The notes under the pieces are model-generated. The model ran no database searches, had not been told where the DNA came from, and worked only from the letters and a program-made list of their open reading frames with translations. Shown here one piece after another: positions 1-8,394 of a stretch of 14,978 nucleotides of DNA; the first letter of the stretch is position 1, and each line of letters starts with the position of its first letter. The DNA is from Candidatus Methylomirabilia bacterium (lineage in GTDB: Bacteria; Methylomirabilota; Methylomirabilia; Rokubacteriales; CSP1-6): NCBI GenBank assembly GCA_041496385.1, contig JBGQEL010000103.1, positions 1 through 14,978 on the forward strand, written 5' to 3'. A program made the translations under genes and the position numbers.

Positions 1-13
1 GCGGGCCTGACGG

Positions 14-19
14 TATACT
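14..19 (+). promoter_or_regulatory. sigma70-type -10 box (TATACT), probable leaderless promoter of the LOG gene
   Basis: TATACT at 14-19, 7 nt before the GTG at 27; no convincing Shine-Dalgarno in between. Confidence 0.55.
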
Positions 20-26
20 CGAAGGC

Positions 27-1052
27 GTGGCCGAGGCGCACCGCTACCAGCTCCAGAACGAGGCCGCCAACCGCCTGATCGCCGAGCTGCTCGAGGTGGC
101 CGCGGTTCCGGCGGACCGGCGCGGGTGGTTCCAGCAGCTCCTCACGACCGTCCTGAAGCTCCACGAGGACGGCGCGTCCAGCGGCGACCTCAAGATCACG
201 AACACGGCGCTCAAGGAGATGCGGTACGCGTACAAGGTGTTCGCGCCGTACCGCGACGTCCGCAAGGTCACGGTGTTCGGCTCGGCGCGGACCCCGGAGG
301 GCGCGGCGGCGCTCGCGGCGAGCGAGTTCGGCCGGCGGATGGTCGGCGAGCGCTGGATGGTCGTCACGGGCGCGGGCGGCGGCATCATGGGCGCGGCGCA
401 GCAGGGGGCCGGGCGCGAGCAGAGCTTCGGGCTCAACATCCGCCTGCCGTTCGAGCAGGAGGCGAACCCCTGGATCGCCTCCGACCCGAAGCTCATCACC
501 TTCAAGTACTTCTTCACGCGCAAGCTCTTCCTCGTGAAGGAGGCGAGCGCGGTCGCGCTCTTCCCGGGCGGCTTCGGGACGATGGACGAGTGCTTCGAGC
601 TGCTCACCCTGATGCAGACGGGCAAGGCGACGATCATACCGGTCGTGCTCGTCGAGGCCGGGCCGAAGCCTTACTGGCGGCTCTGGGACCGCTGGATCGG
701 CACGCTCGTGGAACGGCGGCTGATCGACGCCGGCGACATGACCTTCTACCGGATCGCGGACACCGTGGAGGACGCGGTGCGCGAGGTCACGAGCTTCTAC
801 CGTGTCTATCACTCGTCGCGGATCGTCGGCGACAAGCTCGTCCTCCGGCTCCTGCGCGCGCTCACGGACGCTCAACTCGCGGAGCTCGAGACCAGATTCG
901 CGGACAGTCTGAAGGGACCCGCCGATCAGTCGCCGGGCCCGGTGGGGCAGGAGTGGAACGAGTTCCCCGACCTGCCGCGGCTGATCCTGCCGTTCGACCG
1001 GTCGTCCTACTCGCGGCTTCGCCAGCTCATCGACTTCGTCAACGCGCTCTAG
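27..1052 (+). CDS. LOG-family (SLOG/TIGR00730-like, often misannotated as lysine decarboxylase) nucleoside 5'-monophosphate phosphoribohydrolase, long form
   Basis: Motifs VTVFGSART, TGAGGGIM, GLNIRLPFEQ, FKYFFTRK and the LOG signature PGGFGTMDE; 341 aa. Confidence 0.9.
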   Translation: MAEAHRYQLQNEAANRLIAELLEVAAVPADRRGWFQQLLTTVLKLHEDGASSGDLKITNTALKEMRYAYKVFAPYRDVRKVTVFGSARTPEGAAALAASEFGRRMVGERWMVVTGAGGGIMGAAQQGAGREQSFGLNIRLPFEQEANPWIASDPKLITFKYFFTRKLFLVKEASAVALFPGGFGTMDECFELLTLMQTGKATIIPVVLVEAGPKPYWRLWDRWIGTLVERRLIDAGDMTFYRIADTVEDAVREVTSFYRVYHSSRIVGDKLVLRLLRALTDAQLAELETRFADSLKGPADQSPGPVGQEWNEFPDLPRLILPFDRSSYSRLRQLIDFVNAL

Positions 1053-1246
1053 GTGCCGGGCTCAGGCCGCTCCTCGGTCGCCTGGCACTCGGTGCACACC
1101 CAGGTGCGGAGGACGGCCAGCGTCGGCGTGCGCCCGTCGCGGCGCAGCGTCCACGGCACGAACGTCCGCCGGCCGCACTTCGGGCAGCGCTCGGGCCGCG
1201 CGCCGGGCGCCAGGTGCGTCGGCAGCCACGGGATTTTGGCTGTCAT
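1049..1246 (-). CDS. Small hypothetical zinc-ribbon protein, 65 aa (MTAKIPWL...CPKC...CTEC...)
   Basis: Fills the gap between LOG and nadE; two CxxC motifs; ATG at 1246 preceded by a TATGAT -10 box; stop codon overlaps the LOG stop in CTAG (1049-1052). Confidence 0.7.
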   Translation of the reverse strand: MTAKIPWLPTHLAPGARPERCPKCGRRTFVPWTLRRDGRTPTLAVLRTWVCTECQATEERPEPGT

Positions 1247-1255
1247 CGGCGCGCT

Positions 1256-1272
1256 ATCATACATCGTACAAT
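1256..1272. promoter_or_regulatory. Back-to-back divergent -10 boxes: TATGAT (minus, 1261-1256) and TACAAT (plus, 1267-1272)
   Basis: AT-rich island in a 32-bp intergenic gap; boxes lie 9 nt and 6 nt from the ATGs at 1246 and 1279. Confidence 0.55.
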
Positions 1273-1278
1273 AGGGGC

Positions 1279-3006
1279 ATGAGGCGGTTCCGCGTCGGGC
1301 TCGCACAGATCAACGCGACCGTCGGCGACTTCGAGGGCAACGTCCGCAAGATCGTCGCCGCGCTCGAGCGGGCGCGCGCCGTGGGCGCGCACCTCGTGGC
1401 GCTGCCGGAGCTCGCGATCACCGGCTACCCGCCCGAGGATCTCCTGTTCAAGCCCGCGTTCATCGAGGCGAATCTGCGCGCGCTCGACGAGGTGACGCGG
1501 GCCACGCGCGGCCTCACCGCGGTCGTGGGCTTCGTGGACAAGCGCGACGACATCTTCAACGCGGCCGCCGTTCTTCACGACGGCGCGCGCGCGGGCGTCT
1601 ACCACAAGCAATACCTGCCGAACTACGGCGTCTTCGACGAGAACCGCTACTTCCAGGCCGGGCGGGAGGCGCCCGTCTTCGCCGCGGGGGAGACGACCTT
1701 CGCCGTCAACATCTGCGAGGACATCTGGTACCCGACGGGGCCGGGCACGCTCCAGGCGCTCGCCGGCGCCGAGCTCGTCGTGACCATCAACGCCTCGCCC
1801 TACCACGCGGGCAAGGCCCACTTCCGCGAGAAGATGGTCGCGACGCGGGCCGCCGACGACCTCGTCTGCCTCGCCTTCGTGAACATGGTCGGCGGGCAGG
1901 ACGAGCTGGTCTTCGACGGCGCGAGTCTGATCTTCAACGAGCGCGGTGAGCTCGTCGCGCGCGGGCGCCAGTTCGAGGAGGATTTCGTCGTCGCCGACCT
2001 CGACCTCGAGGCGGTCTTCCGGGCGCGCCTCCACGACTCGCGCCGGCGCAAGGAGAAGCTCCGGGCGGGCGAGGCCGTCTCGCGCGTCGTGCTCCCCGTG
2101 CACGCGTCAACGGCCGCGGCGCCCGCGCTCCCGGCGCGCGAGGTCGAGCCGCTCGAGCGCGTCGAGGAGGTCTACCGCGCGCTCGTCCTCGGCACGCGCG
2201 ACTACGTGCGCAAGAACGGCTTCGCGCACGTGGTCATCGGGCTCTCGGGCGGTATCGACTCCTCGCTCGTCGCGACGGTCGCCGTGGAGGCGCTCGGGCG
2301 GGAGAACGTGACGGGCGTGACGATGCCCTCGCCGTTCACATCGACGGGGACGCGCCGGGACTCGGAACGGCTCGCGAAGCACCTCGGGATCGAGTTCCTG
2401 TCGATCCCGATCACGCCGGTGTTCAACGCCTACAAGCGCTCGCTCGCGCGGGCGTTCAAGGGGCTGAAGGAGGACGTCGCCGAGGAGAATCTCCAGGCCC
2501 GTATCCGCGGGAACTTGTTGATGGCGCTCTCGAACAAGTTCGGCTGGCTCGTGCTCACGACCGGGAACAAGAGCGAGTACAGCGTCGGCTACACGACGCT
2601 GTACGGCGACATGGCCGGCGGGTTCGCCGTCATCAAGGACGTGCCGAAGATGCTCGTCTACGAGGTCGCCCGGAAGGCGAACGCGCTGGCGGGGCGCGAG
2701 CTGATCCCGGCGAGCGTGTTCGAGCGGGCGCCCTCGGCCGAGCTGCGCCCGGACCAGACCGACCAGGACACGCTCCCGCCCTACGCGGAGCTCGACGCGA
2801 TCCTCGAGGGCTACGTCGAGGCGGACCGCGGCGTGAACGACCTCGCCAGCCAGGGCTTCGCCGAGGACACCGTCCGCCGCGTCGTCTCGATGGTGGACCG
2901 CAACGAGTACAAGCGCCGCCAGGCCCCGATCGGGGTCAAGATCACGCCGCGTGCCTTCGGGCGCGACTGGCGCCTGCCGATCGTCAACCGTTTCCGCGAG
3001 CGCTAG
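1279..3006 (+). CDS. nadE: Glutamine-dependent NAD+ synthetase (nitrilase-like glutaminase domain plus synthetase domain)
   Basis: Glu-Lys-Cys triad motifs PELAITGYPPEDL, YHKQYLPNYGVFDE, ICEDIW; synthetase motifs SGGIDS, ENLQARIRG, TGNKSE, GYTTLYGD, PSAELRPDQ, EYKRRQ. Confidence 0.97.
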   Translation: MRRFRVGLAQINATVGDFEGNVRKIVAALERARAVGAHLVALPELAITGYPPEDLLFKPAFIEANLRALDEVTRATRGLTAVVGFVDKRDDIFNAAAVLHDGARAGVYHKQYLPNYGVFDENRYFQAGREAPVFAAGETTFAVNICEDIWYPTGPGTLQALAGAELVVTINASPYHAGKAHFREKMVATRAADDLVCLAFVNMVGGQDELVFDGASLIFNERGELVARGRQFEEDFVVADLDLEAVFRARLHDSRRRKEKLRAGEAVSRVVLPVHASTAAAPALPAREVEPLERVEEVYRALVLGTRDYVRKNGFAHVVIGLSGGIDSSLVATVAVEALGRENVTGVTMPSPFTSTGTRRDSERLAKHLGIEFLSIPITPVFNAYKRSLARAFKGLKEDVAEENLQARIRGNLLMALSNKFGWLVLTTGNKSEYSVGYTTLYGDMAGGFAVIKDVPKMLVYEVARKANALAGRELIPASVFERAPSAELRPDQTDQDTLPPYAELDAILEGYVEADRGVNDLASQGFAEDTVRRVVSMVDRNEYKRRQAPIGVKITPRAFGRDWRLPIVNRFRER

Positions 3007-3021
3007 TCCGGCTTCACGCCG

Positions 3022-3408
3022 CTACTGGCTGCCCGCGATGCAGGCGGCCCGCGCCTGGTCGTCGCCCTGCAGGCTCTCGAGCGCCTTCCGGCACTCGTCG
3101 CAGTTGGTGTAGGGGCGCGACGTGCCCGGCCGCCGCTGCGTGCCCTGGACCATCAGCGTGCACCCGCCGGCGGCGTAGGCTCCGGCCTGCGGCCCGGCTC
3201 CGGCTACCGGCACCGGGCCCGGCTTCCCGGCCTCACCCGGCTCGCCCACGGACGTGAGCTGCGACCGGTACTGCTCGGGCACCTGATCGACGCTGCCGGC
3301 GTAGTAGACGCTCACGGTCTCATCCACCCATCGGTAGGCTTGCGCCGCGGCGGTCGCCGCGAAGAGCATCGGCACGACCAGTAGCCCGACCGAAAGTCGA
3401 GTCTTCAT
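3022..3408 (-). CDS. Secreted protein with a DUF4124-like N-terminal domain and a Cys-containing C-terminal domain
   Basis: Sec signal peptide ending AAA-Q; YRWVDE...VPEQYR resembles DUF4124; Pro/Gly linker; 4 Cys; GGAGG SD 6 nt upstream (3419-3415). Confidence 0.7.
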   Translation of the reverse strand: MKTRLSVGLLVVPMLFAATAAAQAYRWVDETVSVYYAGSVDQVPEQYRSQLTSVGEPGEAGKPGPVPVAGAGPQAGAYAAGGCTLMVQGTQRRPGTSRPYTNCDECRKALESLQGDDQARAACIAGSQ

Positions 3409-3475
3409 CGTGATCCTCCAGGCCTGTCGTCCGCCCGGTACCCAGCGTACCGTCGCGCCAGGGGAGCCGACCCCT

Positions 3476-3484
3476 ATTGTCGCA
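3476..3484 (-). promoter_or_regulatory. Possible extended -10 promoter (TGcGACAAT) for the DUF4124-like gene
   Basis: Minus-strand TG-n-GACAAT about 65 nt upstream of the ATG, in the gap after the flippase stop. Confidence 0.3.
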
Positions 3485-3493
3485 CGAGCGCGG

Positions 3494-5239
3494 CTAGCCC
3501 GCGACGCCCTCCATCTGGAGCGCGTAGAGGCGGCGATAGATGCCGTCGCGCGCGATGAGCTCGTCGTGGCGCCCCATCTCGGCGATGCGGCCGTCGTGGA
3601 CGACCACGATCCGCGTGGCGCTGCGCACGGTCGCCAGACGGTGGGCGATGACGAGCACGGTGCGTCCCCGCATCAGGTCGGAGAGCGCCTGCTGCACGAT
3701 GAACTCGCTCTCGGCGTCCAGGTCCGAGGTCGCCTCGTCGAGGATGAGGATCGGTGGATCCTTGAGGAACGCGCGGGCGATCGCGATCCGCTGGCGCTGG
3801 CCGCCCGAGAGACGCACCCCGCGCTCCCCGACCAGCGTGTCGTACCCCTCGGGGCACGCCAGGATGAAGTCGTGGGCGTGGGCCTGCCGGGCCGCGCGCT
3901 CGATCTGCTCGGGCGTGGCGTCGGGCCGGCCATAGGCGATGTTGTAGCGGATCGTGTCGCTGAAGAGGAAGTTCTCCTGCGTGACGATCCCCATCTGCGC
4001 GCGCAGCGAGGCCTGCGTCACCTCGCGGATGTCGTGGCCGTCGAGCGTGATCCGCCCCCCCGCCACGTCGTGGAAACGGGGCAGGAGATCCATCAGCGTG
4101 GACTTCCCGGCGCCCGACATGCCCACGAAGGCGAGGACCTCGCCCTTGGGGATGTCCAGCGAGATCTCCTTGAGGGTGAGCTCCCCGGCGTCGGCGTAGC
4201 GGAAATCCACGCGCTCGAAGCGCAGCTCGCGCGCGAAGGTCTCGAGGCGCCGGGCGCCCGGCCGGTCGGCGATGGCCGGCGGCATGTCGAGGATGTGGAA
4301 GACGCGCTCGACGGAGGCCGTGGACTGCTGGACGACGTTCAGCGAGCGCGAGAGCCGGCGGACCGGGCCGTAGATGAGGAGCACGGCCGCGGTGAACGAG
4401 AAGAGCGTGCCCGGCGTCATGTGGCCCTGGATGACCTGGTAGCCGCCGTACCAGAGGGCGGCCATGACGCCGAACGCGCCGGCGATCTCCATGAGGGGCT
4501 CGGTGATCTCGTCGGCGCGCACGTTCTTGAGCGAGAGCGCGACGAGGCGATCGTTGAGCGCGTCGAAGCGCTCCTGCTCGTGCCGCTCGCGGCCGAACGC
4601 CTTCACGATCTTGGTGCCGCTGAACGACTCCTGCAGCAGGACGGCGAGCTGCGCGATCCGCTCCTGCGTGCGCTTGTTGATCTTGTAGAGCCTCCGGCCG
4701 ATGCCCTTCACGATGAGCGCGATGAACGGCACCGCGATCAGCGCGGTCAGCGTGAGGCGCGGCTCGCGCAGGATCATCACGACGAGGAGCGCCACGATCG
4801 TGCCGACCTGCCGGACCGCCATGACGAGCACGTCCGACGAGAGCCGGGCCAGCCGCCCGACGTCGTTCAGGATCCGCGACATGAGGTCGGCGGAGTGCAC
4901 GTCCGCGAAGAACGAGAGCGGCTGCGACTGGATGTGCGCGTAGAGGTCGCGGCGGAGCCGCGCGACGACGCGCTCGCCCGCGGCGGCCATGAGGTAGGAC
5001 TGGAGGTAGCGCGCGCCGCCCTTCACGACGTACACGCCGAGGAGCGCGAGCGGGATCAGCTTCAGCATGGTGAGGTCGCGCCGGATGAAGATGTCGTCCA
5101 TCACCGGCTTGACGAGCCACGCGGTGAGGCCCTCCATTCCGGAGACCACGAGCGCGAGCAGCGAGCCGACGACGAGCACGGGCACGTGCGGCCTGAGGTA
5201 GGGCGCGAGGCGGCGGTAGGGCTCGAAGGTGCGGATCAC
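3494..5239 (-). CDS. msbA: MsbA-like ABC exporter (lipid A-core flippase type; fused TMD and NBD), about 581 aa
   Basis: Start reassigned to GTG 5239, overlapping the GT4 stop (GTGA); membrane domain; Walker A GMSGAGKST, signature LSGGQRQR, Walker B ILILDEATS, IAHRL; length and LPS-gene context fit MsbA. Confidence 0.85.
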   Translation of the reverse strand: MIRTFEPYRRLAPYLRPHVPVLVVGSLLALVVSGMEGLTAWLVKPVMDDIFIRRDLTMLKLIPLALLGVYVVKGGARYLQSYLMAAAGERVVARLRRDLYAHIQSQPLSFFADVHSADLMSRILNDVGRLARLSSDVLVMAVRQVGTIVALLVVMILREPRLTLTALIAVPFIALIVKGIGRRLYKINKRTQERIAQLAVLLQESFSGTKIVKAFGRERHEQERFDALNDRLVALSLKNVRADEITEPLMEIAGAFGVMAALWYGGYQVIQGHMTPGTLFSFTAAVLLIYGPVRRLSRSLNVVQQSTASVERVFHILDMPPAIADRPGARRLETFARELRFERVDFRYADAGELTLKEISLDIPKGEVLAFVGMSGAGKSTLMDLLPRFHDVAGGRITLDGHDIREVTQASLRAQMGIVTQENFLFSDTIRYNIAYGRPDATPEQIERAARQAHAHDFILACPEGYDTLVGERGVRLSGGQRQRIAIARAFLKDPPILILDEATSDLDAESEFIVQQALSDLMRGRTVLVIAHRLATVRSATRIVVVHDGRIAEMGRHDELIARDGIYRRLYALQMEGVAG

Positions 5240-6351
5240 GCCGGCCGCAACCCGGCGAGGAGGCGGCGGTAGAGCGCCTCCGTCGCTTCGAGCTTCGCGC
5301 GAGTGGAGAACGTCGCCTCGACGAGCTTGCGCCCCGCGCGCGCCGTCTCCTCGCGGAACCCGCGATCCTCGACCATCCGTGACATCGCCCGGGCCAGGGC
5401 CGTCACGTCGCGCGGTGGAAAGAGGAGCCCCGTCCGGCCGTCGACGACGAGCTCGGGGTTGCCCTCGAGGTTGCTCGCGACGACGGACGTCTCCACCGCG
5501 AGCGCCTCGCGCAGCGTGCCCGTGATGCCGAGGCCCGCGTACGAGGCGTCCACGCAGCAGTCGCTGCCGGCGAGGATCTCGGGGATGTCCTCGCGGTAGC
5601 CGAGGACGTGGACACGCCCGTCGAGGCCCTTGGCCTTCGCGCGGTCGTAGAGGACCCGGGGACCGCGCGCGCCGACGATCAGGAGCCGGGCGCGCGGCGC
5701 GCGCGCGGCGACGAGCGCCATCGCGTCGATCGTGTCGTCGTTCCCCTTCCAGCTCCGGACGCCGATCTGCGTGAAGAGGAAGTCGTCGAGACCGAGGCCG
5801 AGCTCGCGCCGGATCCCGCTCCCGTCCACGGCCGGGCTGAACCGGTCGGTGTCGGTGCCCGAGTAGATCACGTGGATCTTCGCGGCCGGCACGCCCTGCG
5901 CGACGAGTCCGCGCTTGATCGACTCGCAGACGGCGACGATCCCGGTGACGCGGCGGGTCGTATAGCCGAGCCGGTTGAACGGGTCGAGTGGAAAGCTGAC
6001 GCCGCGGTTCAGGATGAGCACCGGGATCCTGGTGACGAGACCGGCGATCATCGCCAGCGTCCGCGCCTTGCCCTTCTGCGCGTGGACGATCTGGACGCGA
6101 TGGGTCCGGAGGATGCGGAGCAGCTTGCGCACCGAGCCGAGGTCGACCTCCGACTTCATCGGCAGCGCGTAGTGCGGAATGCCGGCTTCGCGCAGCTTCG
6201 TCGCCCACGTCTCGCTCGGGCGCGTCGCGACGACGACCTCGTGGCCGCGGCCCGTGAGCCCCTGCGTCAGCTCGCGGAGCTGGATCGCCGCGCCGGTGAA
6301 GTAGTCCTCCTTCGGGTACATCTGGAGGATCCGGAGCGGCTCGCTGCCCAT
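5236..6351 (-). CDS. Glycosyltransferase family 4 (GT-B fold, RfaG/WaaG-like)
   Basis: N-terminal GAAIQ loop, RGHEVVV, VIYSGTD, R..KG motif (RSWKG), LGYREDI, EALAVETSVVAS...GNPELV..G.TGLL. Confidence 0.9.
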   Translation of the reverse strand: MGSEPLRILQMYPKEDYFTGAAIQLRELTQGLTGRGHEVVVATRPSETWATKLREAGIPHYALPMKSEVDLGSVRKLLRILRTHRVQIVHAQKGKARTLAMIAGLVTRIPVLILNRGVSFPLDPFNRLGYTTRRVTGIVAVCESIKRGLVAQGVPAAKIHVIYSGTDTDRFSPAVDGSGIRRELGLGLDDFLFTQIGVRSWKGNDDTIDAMALVAARAPRARLLIVGARGPRVLYDRAKAKGLDGRVHVLGYREDIPEILAGSDCCVDASYAGLGITGTLREALAVETSVVASNLEGNPELVVDGRTGLLFPPRDVTALARAMSRMVEDRGFREETARAGRKLVEATFSTRAKLEATEALYRRLLAGLRPA

Positions 6352-6355
6352 GGCG

Positions 6356-7315
6356 TCAGGCCGCGAGGCGTGCCTCGGCGATCGCGTCGAAGACCGTCTC
6401 CGGCGTCGTGTTCGCGGGATCGTCGAAGGGCTCGCGCTGCTCGACGAGCCTCACGGTCGGGCCGAGCGCGCGGCAGCTCGCGGCCGGGTAGCCGAGGTGG
6501 ATCGAGACCGTCGGGACGGAGAGCGCGCCGGCGATGTGGGCGAGCCCCGAGTCCGGGCCGACGAAGAGCCGCGCGCGGCCGATGAGCGCCGCCGCGACCA
6601 GGATGTCGAGCCGGTCGAGCGGCCGGCAGTAGGGCGGGATCGCCGTCTCATCCGAGCCCGTCGTGTCCACGACGATCGGCAGGTCGAAGGCGTGCCGCAG
6701 CCGCTCGTAGAGCGCGTGGTAGTGGCCGAGCGGCCAGGATCGGAACGGGCGCCGCGCCCGGATCACCTGGGCGACGTAGATGAACGCCTCGAGACCCTGC
6801 GCCCGCGCGTAGCGCTCGGCCGCCGCGCGGTGCGCGTCGGAGAGGTAGATCCTGCCGGCCGCGGGCGCCGGGACGCCGCAGAGCTCGGCGTAGGTCGCGG
6901 CGATGTGACGGCCGCGCGCCCACCACCGGCGCTCGGCGTTGTCGAGGAGGATCACGCGCGCGTAGAAGGGCGCGAGCACGCGCTCGATAAGGCGCCGGTG
7001 ATGACGGCGGATCGGCTTGTACACGAACGGCGCGTGCACGCGCGCGAGATGCGGGCTCGCCTCGGCGACCGTGCGATACGGGTGCGCGCCCGTGGCGAGC
7101 TCGACCGGCGCCCGGGCGCTGAGGGTCTCGAGCGAGGGGAACGCGTTGACGAGGTCACCGACGCCGCCCATCAGCGCGACGAAGATCCGGTCGCGAGGCT
7201 CCCGGCGCACCAGCTTGCCCGCGACGATCCGCGCGAGCTGCGGGTAGAACCGCCGGCGGTGCAGGAACCGCTGGAGGCGCGGCCCCGACGACGGCAGACC
7301 TTTCGGCCCGTTCAA
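6356..7315 (-). CDS. Glycosyltransferase family 9 (ADP-heptose:LPS heptosyltransferase-like), about 319 aa
   Basis: Start reassigned to TTG 7315 (TTGA overlap with the aminotransferase stop); GGVGDLV, RSWP and FVGPDSGLAHIAGALSVPTV motifs are typical of GT9. Confidence 0.85.
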   Translation of the reverse strand: MNGPKGLPSSGPRLQRFLHRRRFYPQLARIVAGKLVRREPRDRIFVALMGGVGDLVNAFPSLETLSARAPVELATGAHPYRTVAEASPHLARVHAPFVYKPIRRHHRRLIERVLAPFYARVILLDNAERRWWARGRHIAATYAELCGVPAPAAGRIYLSDAHRAAAERYARAQGLEAFIYVAQVIRARRPFRSWPLGHYHALYERLRHAFDLPIVVDTTGSDETAIPPYCRPLDRLDILVAAALIGRARLFVGPDSGLAHIAGALSVPTVSIHLGYPAASCRALGPTVRLVEQREPFDDPANTTPETVFDAIAEARLAA

Positions 7316-8394
7316 CGCGCGAAGAAATCCCGCACGGCGGCGACGACGGTGTCGATCTCGCCCTCGGTGTGGTTCGCCGACATCGGCAGCGTCAGGATCT
7401 CGTCGACGAGCCGCTCCGTGCGCGGCAGCGCCGGCGGGTTGAGCCACTCGACGGCGGGCTGCCGGTGGGTCGGCACCGGGTAGTGGATGCCCGTCGCGAC
7501 GTCGCGCGTCTTGAGGAATGCCGCCAGCTCCGCCCGGCGCGGCGTGCGCACCACGTACAGGTGGTAGACGTGGCGCGCGTGCTCGCGCTCGGCGGGCAGG
7601 GCCAGCGGCAGGCCCGCGAGCCCCGTCGCGTAGCGCGCGGCAAGGGCGCGGCGGTGGTCGTTCATCCAGTCGAGGCGCCGCAGCAGCACGCGGAGCGCCG
7701 CCGCCTGGATCTCGTTGAAGCGCAGGTTGAAGCCGACCTCGGCGTGGACGTCCTTGTTGAGGCGCCCGTGGTCGCGCAGCCGCCGGCAGCGCGCGGCGAC
7801 CTCGTCGTCGCTGGTGAGCACGGCGCCGCCGTCGCCCATCGCCGGGAGGTTCTTGGACGGGTAGAACGAGAGGACGGCGGCGCGGCCGAACGAGCCGACC
7901 GTCCGGCCGTCCCAGCGGGCGCCCTGCGCCTGCGCGCAGTCCTCGAGCATCCAGAGGCCGTAGCGTGCCGCGAGGTCCTGGACCGCGGGCAGGTCCGCCG
8001 GCTGGCCGTAGAGGTGCACCGGCACGATGCCGACGGTGCGCGGCGTCACCTTGGCCGCGGCGTCCTTCGAGTCGATCGTGTACCAGTCGTCGGCGTCCAC
8101 GAACACCGGCGTCGCCTGCGCGAAGCAGATCGCCTCGATCGTCGGGAACGCGGTGTGCGAGGGGACGAGGATCTCGTCACCCGGCTTCACGCCCAGCGCG
8201 CGAAACGTCATCCAGAGACCCGCGGTCGCCGAGCTCGCGAGCACCGCGTGCGCGACGCCCGTGTGCGCGGCCAGCTCGGTCTCGAGCGCCTTGCATTGCG
8301 GGCCGAGGATGTACTGGCGCGAGTCGACGGCCGCCAGCACCGCCTGTCGGATCTCGTCGTCGATCGGGGGACGGGAGAGCGGAATTGGGGTCAC
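7312..8394 (-). CDS. DegT/DnrJ/EryC1/StrS-family PLP-dependent nucleotide-sugar aminotransferase, about 360 aa
   Basis: Start GTG 8394 (GTGA overlap); YILGP, GDEILVP, PVHLYGQ, EDCAQA, SFYPSKNL (PLP lysine), GFNLR, HVYHLY, IHYPVP. Confidence 0.93.
   Translation of the reverse strand: MTPIPLSRPPIDDEIRQAVLAAVDSRQYILGPQCKALETELAAHTGVAHAVLASSATAGLWMTFRALGVKPGDEILVPSHTAFPTIEAICFAQATPVFVDADDWYTIDSKDAAAKVTPRTVGIVPVHLYGQPADLPAVQDLAARYGLWMLEDCAQAQGARWDGRTVGSFGRAAVLSFYPSKNLPAMGDGGAVLTSDDEVAARCRRLRDHGRLNKDVHAEVGFNLRFNEIQAAALRVLLRRLDWMNDHRRALAARYATGLAGLPLALPAEREHARHVYHLYVVRTPRRAELAAFLKTRDVATGIHYPVPTHRQPAVEWLNPPALPRTERLVDEILTLPMSANHTEGEIDTVVAAVRDFFAR

Noticed and set aside
1247..1306. Longer 85-aa zinc-ribbon ORF with a third CxxC (CPYC)
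   Set aside because: It overlaps the nadE start and runs through both -10 boxes; CPYC is probably a by-product of the promoter sequence. ATG 1246 is preferred.
3007..3021. Mini hairpin CGGC-TTCAC-GCCG between the convergent nadE and DUF4124-like genes
   Set aside because: Only a 4-bp stem with no U-tract; too weak to call a terminator.
3494..6208. 904-aa ORF suggesting an N-terminally extended or fused ABC transporter
   Set aside because: The extension is Arg/Pro-rich off-frame read-through overlapping the GT4 gene; a GTG at 5239 gives a normal MsbA-sized protein.
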